A program made the translations under genes and the position numbers. This document shows positions 17,304-23,593 of a stretch of DNA of 23,593 bases, piece by piece (within the stretch, counting starts at the first letter, position 1; each line of letters starts with the position of its first letter). The notes beneath the pieces were generated by a model. It was not told the origin of the DNA. It ran no database searches and worked only from the letters and a program-made list of their open reading frames with translations. Source of the DNA: Candidatus Helarchaeota ASGARD archaeon Hel_GB_B (lineage in GTDB: Archaea > Asgardarchaeota > Lokiarchaeia > Helarchaeales > HEL-GB-B); assembly GCA_005191425.1 (NCBI GenBank), contig SUPR01000057.1:1-23593 (forward strand), in the 5' to 3' direction.

Positions 17304-18170
17304 TTATATATAAAAAAATACCGATTTAAATAAAATATAAATTAAAATTGAAAAAATACTACCTGCACTTGATGCAATTAGATTGACAACATTATTATCA
17401 ATCATAGCTATCCCACGAATTTTATCTGTTCTTGTTCCACAATTATGTATTTTTTTTTCAGTTAATTTATTGCATTTAGGACATTTATATATACCTTGAA
17501 TCGTAGCTCCTATAATACTATCAACTAAACATCCTAATATTCCTCCTCCTAGAGCAATAATAAAAACGGGAAATTTAAATGAAAAAGAGCAATCAATTAA
17601 TCCCAAATAGGTGAAAATCCAAGCAGCTAACCCCATAATACTGGCCCCTAAAAACGATGCAAATTCCCCAAGAAGTGTTACTCCACCACTAGTCCCAGGT
17701 ACTACCTTCTTAAAATTGGTAATTAGTCTAGGACTTTTTTTTGATAATAGCCCTAGCTCCGTAGCTACTGTGTCAGCACACATAGCCGAAATAGCACCTA
17801 AAAAGCCGAAAAAAAGCAAATCATAATAAATTTTTAATGTTATATAATATATACCAAAAAATAAAGAAAAAAATGATGCTATTAGACCATTTGCTAATAC
17901 ATTTGGATAACCTCTTGCACCACCTTTTTCTTGAGCAAGACCAGATTGCTCCTTTCTCTTGTATTTATATTTAGTCATCATCGCTGCAAATAAATGAAAA
18001 ATAAGAATTATCACAAACCAATTCCAACCTCCAAAAATCCAAATAGTTAACCCAACAAAAATTCCAGCAATAAACCCGCCAATGTCCACTACCTTTGAAA
18101 CATATGAAAATACTCCAAATCCTACTACTACTATTATTCCAATAGTGACGTTAATTATACTAATGTCCAA
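17304..18170 (-). CDS. DUF92 (TIGR00297 / TMEM19 / VTE6-like) membrane protein
   Basis: EKGGARGYPNVLANG, ADTVATELG, PGTSGGVTLLGE, LVDSIIGATIQ, internal CPKC...HNCG and NNVVN. Confidence 0.9.
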   Translation of the reverse strand: MDISIINVTIGIIVVVGFGVFSYVSKVVDIGGFIAGIFVGLTIWIFGGWNWFVIILIFHLFAAMMTKYKYKRKEQSGLAQEKGGARGYPNVLANGLIASFFSLFFGIYYITLKIYYDLLFFGFLGAISAMCADTVATELGLLSKKSPRLITNFKKVVPGTSGGVTLLGEFASFLGASIMGLAAWIFTYLGLIDCSFSFKFPVFIIALGGGILGCLVDSIIGATIQGIYKCPKCNKLTEKKIHNCGTRTDKIRGIAMIDNNVVNLIASSAGSIFSILIYILFKSVFFYI

Positions 18171-18615
18171 AATAATAACCTATTTAAAATTTTTAAGGAA
18201 ATTCGTACTCTTTAATTATAATTATCTAATCTCGTTCTTGTATTAAAATTAATTGTCTCCTACAAATATAAATCTAATTTCTCCTTACAATATCAAATTG
18301 AAAATAATTAATATTAGAATAAATATTATCACTATTTCATGCACACATCTTACTATAATTTATTAAAGATGTTTAATTTTAGAAATTAGGAATTAATTCA
18401 AAATTTTAATATAATTTCCGTCTTATTTCAAAGATATTTATAATAAAAAGTAGTATTAATTGAATTTTTTCAATGGTTCCAAATTCGCACAAAATCATCT
18501 TAAATTGAGAAATCCTCAAAATTTTTATATTAAATCATTATCAATTTTAAAAAGTGCTAAAAAATTTGAAGAATGTAGGAACAATTTTCATTTAAAAAAA
18601 TTAAAGGTTAGTTAA

Positions 18616-20106
18616 ATGTCTGATAAATTAAAATTACCCTCTAAATCAGAGAACTTCTCCGAATGGTACCCCGAAGTTTTATTTAGGACCATGATTGTTG
18701 ATAAAAGAATTAGGGATTCACGTGGCTTTTATGGCTATCCACCTTATGGTGCTCAAATTCTCTCTCTTCTTGAAGAATTGTTTATAGAAGAACTAAAGAA
18801 GACAGGTCATTTACCAATTAGAACACCTTCTGTAATTCCTGAAACGCTTTTGGAAATTGAAAAAGAACACGCCGAAGGTTTTGCACCAGAAGTCTGGCAA
18901 ATTACTCACGGAAGAGACAATAAGGAATTAAATATTAAAAAAGTTTTAAGACCTACAGGTGAAACTATCATATATTCTTTATTTTCTTATTGGGTTAGAA
19001 GTCATGCTGATCTACCACTTAAAACATATGAAGTCCGATCTGTATTTAGAGCAGAACCTGAAAAAGCTATATTTCCTTTAATGCGTACCCATGAATTTTA
19101 TTGGATTGAAGCTCATGATGTCCAACAAAATTTAGATGGCGCCGATGCTCAAGTTAAAGAAGATATTAAAATGTTTGAAAATGTTATAAAAAATAAAGTT
19201 GGACTACCCTTTAAGCGTCTTAAACGCCCTGAATGGGATAAATTTGCGGGAGCTTTGTATACCATTGCCTATGATGTCCCACTTCCAGATGGTAAAGTTT
19301 TACAGATCGGTACTACACACAATCTTGGTCAAAATTTCTCCAAGGCATTCAATATAAGGTATGAAACCACTAACGGAAAGTTAGAATATGCATATCAGAC
19401 CTGTTTCGGGCCAGGTATTAGCAGAATCCTTGGGGCTATTGTTAGCGTCCATGGAGATGAATTGGGACTTGTCCTCCCTCCTGCTATTGCACCCATTCAA
19501 ATAATTATCATAACAATTCCAAAAAAAGGTTGGGACGAAAAAATTAAGGAATACGCTAAAAAAGTCCAAAATATCCTAAATAAACATTTTAGAACTCATT
19601 TTGATGAACGAGATATAACTCCTGGTAGAAAATATTATGAATGGGAGGAAAAAGGAGTACCTCTCAGAATCGAAATTGGAAGTAGAGAAGTTTCTAATCA
19701 AGAACTAATGCTAGTTAAACGATATAATAGAAAAAAAATGGTAATTAAATTTGATAATTGTATCGAAAAAATTAATGATTTGATTAAAAATTATCCACAA
19801 GAATTATTGAATTTTGCTAATACTAAATTACTGGTAGACTCCGCAGATGACTATAACAAAATGATTGAACTTATTAATAAAAAAGTCCATTTAATTGAAA
19901 TCCCTTTTTGCGATAATGAAGAATGCATTAACCACTTAAAAGATGAATTAAATGTAAAAGTACGCGGAGTTCCTCTTTTTGAACATGGAGAAAAAAATGT
20001 TGATGAATGCGAAGAAAATGCGGCTAAAAGAGCGGGAAAAAAATTATGCATAATCTGTGGTAAACGATATGCTACAAGATTAGTGTTTATTGCAAAACAA
20101 TATTAA
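18616..20106 (+). CDS. proS: Proline--tRNA ligase, archaeal/eukaryotic type
   Basis: FSEWY, LRPTGET, VFRAE...LMRTHEFYWIEAH, KFAGA, LQIGTTHNLGQNFSKAF, anticodon-binding domain, Zn-binding C-terminal domain and terminal Tyr. Confidence 0.97.
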   Translation: MSDKLKLPSKSENFSEWYPEVLFRTMIVDKRIRDSRGFYGYPPYGAQILSLLEELFIEELKKTGHLPIRTPSVIPETLLEIEKEHAEGFAPEVWQITHGRDNKELNIKKVLRPTGETIIYSLFSYWVRSHADLPLKTYEVRSVFRAEPEKAIFPLMRTHEFYWIEAHDVQQNLDGADAQVKEDIKMFENVIKNKVGLPFKRLKRPEWDKFAGALYTIAYDVPLPDGKVLQIGTTHNLGQNFSKAFNIRYETTNGKLEYAYQTCFGPGISRILGAIVSVHGDELGLVLPPAIAPIQIIIITIPKKGWDEKIKEYAKKVQNILNKHFRTHFDERDITPGRKYYEWEEKGVPLRIEIGSREVSNQELMLVKRYNRKKMVIKFDNCIEKINDLIKNYPQELLNFANTKLLVDSADDYNKMIELINKKVHLIEIPFCDNEECINHLKDELNVKVRGVPLFEHGEKNVDECEENAAKRAGKKLCIICGKRYATRLVFIAKQY

Positions 20107-20162
20107 AAATTTATTATTAATTTTATATATCTCCTCAATTGCACTCGTTTATTACGAACTAA

Positions 20163-20582
20163 TTTGGAAACCATTTCCTTACATCAATAAACAATAATTA
20201 ATGCTATCATATTCTTATAAAATGGAATGCTAATTACTGGGAATTAAAAATTGATAACAAAACTTATGGGGATGGATGTAATATCAAATTTAAAAATAAT
20301 ATAAACGAAGGCTTGAAATCATTCAAATTTATGACGGGGACTAACGATAGCAATTACGAAGTCTATATCGATGCGTTCGACTACTCCTAGGCTTGGGGTT
20401 ATTACGAGGGCAGAAATCTATACGATAAAGGTGGACTAACAGGAGGACACTACCTAAGCATTGAACGGTTTAATGTAATTATTTTAGAATTCCAAGACCC
20501 AATTGGACCATTCGTAAAGAGCATTAACATAAATTTAATTTCAGTTAGCTTATTCTATACTAAATTTACATGTAATGATTGA
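20163..20582 (+). pseudogene. Decayed fragment of a LamG/ConA-like surface-protein gene with in-frame stops
   Basis: One frame reads FGNHFLTSINNN*CYHILIKWNANYWELKIDNKTYGDG...FKFMTGTNDSNYEVYIDAFDYS*AWGYYEGRNL... Stops are TAA at 20199-20201 and TAG at 20388-20390. There is no start codon or upstream gene body. Confidence 0.55.
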
Positions 20583-20835
20583 AAAATAAGAGATACCTGA
20601 TGAATTGGACGAATTTAACTTGACAATTATAAAAATTCGTATATTAAGAATAATTTGGAAATTATTAATTCTTGACCGTATTTTGGGGATTTCCAAATAT
20701 TTTGGGCTTCGTAATATTATTAATAATTATTATGATGCCCAAACAATATTCAATTAAGAGTCCAATAATCAATGCAGCTTTTTATAAATTATTTATTTTA
20801 AGTAAGGTAAAATAAGAAATGTGTTATTATCATAT

Positions 20836-21012
20836 TTAGTGAGTTAAGATCGGTATTTTTAATGGATTATGTTTATCGCAATAAAAAAATAATTTATTAT
20901 CATCAATTATTGCTACTCCTTCTGATAAAATATAATAATTTTTATCAAGATATTCTTTTTTTATTCTAATTCTTTTACCACATATTCTACATTTTACCCA
21001 AACTTTTTGCAA
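20836..21012 (-). CDS. Small putative zinc-binding protein, 58 aa (paralog B); not in the ORF track
   Basis: TTG start. MQKVWVKCRICGKRIRIKKEYLDKNYYILSEGVAIIDDNKLFFYCDKHNPLKIPILTH. GGAGGT site at 21025-21030. Homologous to 21297-21461. Confidence 0.85.
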   Translation of the reverse strand: MQKVWVKCRICGKRIRIKKEYLDKNYYILSEGVAIIDDNKLFFYCDKHNPLKIPILTH

Positions 21013-21024
21013 TTTTTAAAATAT

Positions 21025-21030
21025 ACCTCC
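21025..21030 (-). promoter_or_regulatory. Shine-Dalgarno-like GGAGGT upstream of paralog B
   Basis: Plus-strand ACCTCC, 12 nt before the TTG start at 21012. Confidence 0.65.
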
Positions 21031-21296
21031 AAGTTTTTTTTTTATTATTTTTTTAAAATTTTCCGATTAATATAAAGAGTTGGTAGGATTTAAAGATTAC
21101 TCATTTTTTTCTTTAAAAATTGCCAAATTTTATTTAACCATTTTAAAATAATTTCATTCAATCTCTTTTTTTGGTAATTTCTTTTTCAGTTAAGATTTTT
21201 AAAATTTCAATAACAAGTGGGATCAAAATGATTAAATTCAATAGTAATAAAAAATCGATATGTTATAAGTTCAAGAATTTAAAATAGAAAGAGATA

Positions 21297-21461
21297 TTAT
21301 AAATCGATAATTGAGCTGTCATTATTACAATAAAATACGATTCTATTGCCAATAACTTTTGCAATTCCGCCTTCAACATAATAGACAGCTCTAGGGCCAA
21401 TTTCTTTTCTAATTCTTAATTTTTTATTACAATAATGACACCTTACAAAAATTTTCTCCAA
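21297..21461 (-). CDS. Small putative zinc-binding protein, 54 aa (paralog A); not in the ORF track
   Basis: TTG start. MEKIFVRCHYCNKKLRIRKEIGPRAVYYVEGGIAKVIGNRIVFYCNNDSSIIDL. AAGGAG site at 21474-21479. Homologous to 20836-21012. Confidence 0.85.
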   Translation of the reverse strand: MEKIFVRCHYCNKKLRIRKEIGPRAVYYVEGGIAKVIGNRIVFYCNNDSSIIDL

Positions 21462-21473
21462 ACTAAATCACGA

Positions 21474-21479
21474 CTCCTT
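21474..21479 (-). promoter_or_regulatory. Shine-Dalgarno-like AAGGAG upstream of paralog A
   Basis: Plus-strand CTCCTT, 12 nt before the TTG start at 21461. Confidence 0.6.
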
Positions 21480-21513
21480 AGGTTAAATATTAAATTGTTA
21501 TTAAATCAAATAA

Positions 21514-22710
21514 TTATATTAAATTTTCATAAAATTTTGATTTATTAGTTTGAATAATTTCAAACACAATATCAGTTAATTTATCATCTATATGTAAATT
21601 TTTCTTTAATCGATCACGAGAGAAATCTTTTAAATCTTTCGGAAAATGTTCTATTAAATTAACTGCAGTTATAAATTTTTTCAATTTGTAAGGTGGAACT
21701 CTATAGACCCATCGTTTTAAATAAATTATATTATTAAGTATTTCACTTATACGCAAATTAGTTTTATTCGACAATTCGGGGATATATCGAGGCATTCTAT
21801 CGAGGATTCCGTATTTTTTACATAAATTATGAGCTATTTTCATAAATTCTCGTCGTTCATAATCATGAGGTATAATAGGATTTCCGTATTGGTCGGCATT
21901 CAAGTACATTTTTTTATAAAGATTTGATAAATATGGGAAATTTTCATAGATAAATTTTAAGAAGATTTCGCGATTTCCAGGTTTTAGTGTTAGTCCAGAA
22001 AAAAGAATATATTTTACACCGATATCTGCTGCTTTTGAAATTATACCTTCAATATTTTCTGTAGTATCGCCAATTCCTGGAAGGATGGGCATAGCCATTA
22101 TTCCGGTTGTACATCCAAGTTTGCTAAATTTTTTCAATGCACCAAACCGTTCAGAAGTTGTTGAAGATTTAGGTTCGATCAATTTTTGAATTTTTTCGTC
22201 CATTAATGTAATTGTAAAAGCGATATTGACATAAGACATGTCTTTAAATTTTTGAATCAAATCGATATCTCTTAGTATTAGGTCAGATTTAGTTAAAATA
22301 AATAATGGTAATCCAAAATCAAGCATTATTTGTAAAAGTTTTCTTGTAATTTTGAATTTTTTCTCTGCAGGTTGGTAAACATCGCAAATCCCTCCACCAA
22401 TAGCAAATAATGGCGCTTTTAAGTTAGGTTTCATTACCTTTCGTTTTTCCGGAAAATAATGTAAGATAGTTCCATTTCCATATCTATTTATTGGACGAAA
22501 CCCTAATTTAATAAGTTCCTTATTTAGTAATTCTGGAGCATTTTTCTTTATCCGAATATGAGTTGTATATTCAGATATGTTGTAATGATTAGCTTGTCCA
22601 TCACAATAAATACATGCATGTTCGCACCCTCTATACGGGTTTATACTCCCGGATATCCAAAACCAAGTATCTACATTTTTATAGATATTAAGAATTTTTG
22701 ATTTGGACAT
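21514..22710 (-). CDS. Radical SAM protein (SplB / Rv2578c-like) with a C-terminal PolX-type HhH domain
   Basis: SINPYRGCEHACIYCDG (CxxxCxxC), DVYQPAE, ILTKSDLILRDID, EPKSSTTSERF, PILPGIGD. The last about 75 aa resemble the Pol beta/PolX 8-kDa HhH domain. Start placed at ATG 22710 (MSKSK). Confidence 0.88.
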   Translation of the reverse strand: MSKSKILNIYKNVDTWFWISGSINPYRGCEHACIYCDGQANHYNISEYTTHIRIKKNAPELLNKELIKLGFRPINRYGNGTILHYFPEKRKVMKPNLKAPLFAIGGGICDVYQPAEKKFKITRKLLQIMLDFGLPLFILTKSDLILRDIDLIQKFKDMSYVNIAFTITLMDEKIQKLIEPKSSTTSERFGALKKFSKLGCTTGIMAMPILPGIGDTTENIEGIISKAADIGVKYILFSGLTLKPGNREIFLKFIYENFPYLSNLYKKMYLNADQYGNPIIPHDYERREFMKIAHNLCKKYGILDRMPRYIPELSNKTNLRISEILNNIIYLKRWVYRVPPYKLKKFITAVNLIEHFPKDLKDFSRDRLKKNLHIDDKLTDIVFEIIQTNKSKFYENLI

Positions 22711-22796
22711 TATGACTTCATATTTCAAATAAAAGACCTTAAATTGATTAATATATAAAAGCATAAAAAAAAGTTATTGAATATTTAAAAGTAATA

Positions 22797-23593
22797 CTAT
22801 TCAGAATTTATTTTTTCATCAGCAATTTTCAGCAAATCATCATATTCTTTTTGGAAATATGATTTTATTATTTCTTTATATCTTAAAGCCATTGAGCTTA
22901 TCTCTTTTAATATAGATATAATTTCTTTTTGGTCCTCTGAAGTGGCCAGAATCTCTTTAAATTCTTTAAGTTTGGTGCCGACCCCTAATTTTAATTTTTG
23001 TTCGACCGAAAGCGGGAAATATTTTTCTATCAGAGTGTCTACACCCTTAAATACTTTAGTTTCGCCTCGCCATGTCTTTATCTTATTTCCATACAATTCA
23101 CCGAATTCTGAAGAAAATTTGTCGAGTCTATTCCTAATTATATTTAAATCTTTTTCCGCCATCAGTGCGATAATATAATTTGGACCGTGAGATAAAATCA
23201 CTTTCTTATCTTCGTGGTCAATTACTCTTAATACTTTTTTAGATTTCATTGTTTCAGTCACAAAATTCGTAATAGCAGCAATCATACCCGAAATTAAAGC
23301 AGGGTCTTGTAAATCTATTCTAAATGTCTTACCAAAAAGAGAGCCACCTTCTTTTGTCAGCCCAAAAATGTATAAAAGACTTTTTTCCCAATTTCGCTCT
23401 TCCAATTTTCGTAAGACATAAAGGCTAGTTGGAACGGTAATAATAATACCAATAATTATTGATAGAAGTATTGCCCAAGGAAAACTGATTTTAATCATTG
23501 AAAATGAGAATTTACTGTTCCCATATGCTGAGCCATCTGTCCAAAAAATAGTAATGGAACCTGTTCCTTCTTTCCATACAGAAGTTGAAATCA
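22797..23593 (-). CDS. Partial (5'-truncated by the window) type I membrane protein with a cytoplasmic longin/roadblock-like domain
   Basis: The frame stays open from 23498 to the window edge (ISTSVWKEGTGSITIFWTDGSAYGNSKFSFS precedes MIKISF). TM FPWAILLSIIIGIIITVPTSLYVL. Longin-like LYIFGLTKEGGSLF...DPALISGMIAAITNFVTE...IDHEDKKVIL...RLDKFSSEFGELY...W.GE...F. Confidence 0.82.
   Translation of the reverse strand, partial: ISTSVWKEGTGSITIFWTDGSAYGNSKFSFSMIKISFPWAILLSIIIGIIITVPTSLYVLRKLEERNWEKSLLYIFGLTKEGGSLFGKTFRIDLQDPALISGMIAAITNFVTETMKSKKVLRVIDHEDKKVILSHGPNYIIALMAEKDLNIIRNRLDKFSSEFGELYGNKIKTWRGETKVFKGVDTLIEKYFPLSVEQKLKLGVGTKLKEFKEILATSEDQKEIISILKEISSMALRYKEIIKSYFQKEYDDLLKIADEKINSE

Noticed and set aside
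18250-18295. Imperfect repeat (AATTGTCTCCTACAAATAT / AATTTCTCCTTACAATAT) in the DUF92-proS intergenic region
   Set aside because: Only two degenerate copies, not followed by an ORF; not a CRISPR array and not distinguishable from background.
18460-18615. 51-codon TTG frame ending immediately before, and in frame with, the proS ATG
   Set aside because: No SD, no motif and no Pro-codon enrichment to suggest a leader peptide; probably chance.
20388-20390. In-frame TAG as possible pyrrolysine or stop-codon recoding
   Set aside because: The same frame also has a TAA at 20199-20201 and no start. TAG terminates two apparently normal genes here (SSB at 3179-3181, longin protein at 22797-22799). TGG-to-TAG decay is simpler.
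21090-21241. Two tiny TTG-started minus-strand frames (27 aa hydrophobic, 23 aa amphipathic) joined by a TTGA overlap between the Zn microprotein genes
   Set aside because: No SD-like site, no Cys motif, and such peptides arise easily by chance at this AT content. Not a third paralog.
1209-23178. Antisense or overlapping ORFs in the track (1209-1517, 2689-2943, 2898-3173, 3712-4074, 7016-7300, 7502-7843, 9708-9926, 10618-10815, 10828-11193, 12061-12372, 13113-13382, 14181-14450, 17611-17826, 19381-19569, 19851-20051, 22942-23178)
   Set aside because: Each lies opposite a better-supported gene and shows no recognisable motif; these are shadow ORFs.
1-23593. tRNA, rRNA, CRISPR array or IS element
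   Set aside because: No GC-rich cloverleaf or rRNA-like stretch, no regularly spaced repeat-spacer array, and no transposase or terminal inverted repeats were seen by eye. tRNAscan-SE/Infernal would be needed to exclude small RNAs.

Overview
Very AT-rich, gene-dense archaeal chromosomal segment, most likely from an Asgard archaeon. That assignment is inferred from eS30, TFE-alpha, archaeal/eukaryote-type ProRS, a membrane protein with a cytoplasmic longin-like domain, a degenerate small-GTPase fold and a V4R-like protein. Housekeeping and metabolic genes are rps30e (missed by the ORF track), a tandem-OB ssDNA-binding protein, TFE-alpha, proS, a rhamnulokinase-like FGGY kinase, two SDRs, an arginase-family enzyme, an MFS transporter, DUF92, DUF3109, a methyltransferase and a PNPOx-like protein. 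I saw no rRNA, tRNA, CRISPR array or transposase. The apparently empty 1.4 kb after proS (20107-21513) contains (i) a decayed surface-protein gene relic with in-frame stops and (ii) two unannotated paralogous 54 and 58 aa genes with a C-x2-C-x33-C-x2-(H/D) motif. Both small genes have a TTG start and a Shine-Dalgarno-like site, and they lie directly downstream of an SplB/Rv2578c-like radical SAM gene fused to a PolX-type helix-hairpin-helix domain. Other notable items are a three-gene pseudo-GTPase / membrane anchor / V4R-like operon, a seven-bladed FG-GAP propeller + CARDB + TM surface protein with an N-glycosylation sequon at the same place in every blade, and a receptor-like longin protein truncated by the window edge. 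All family assignments are by-eye motif recognition; no database searches were run.
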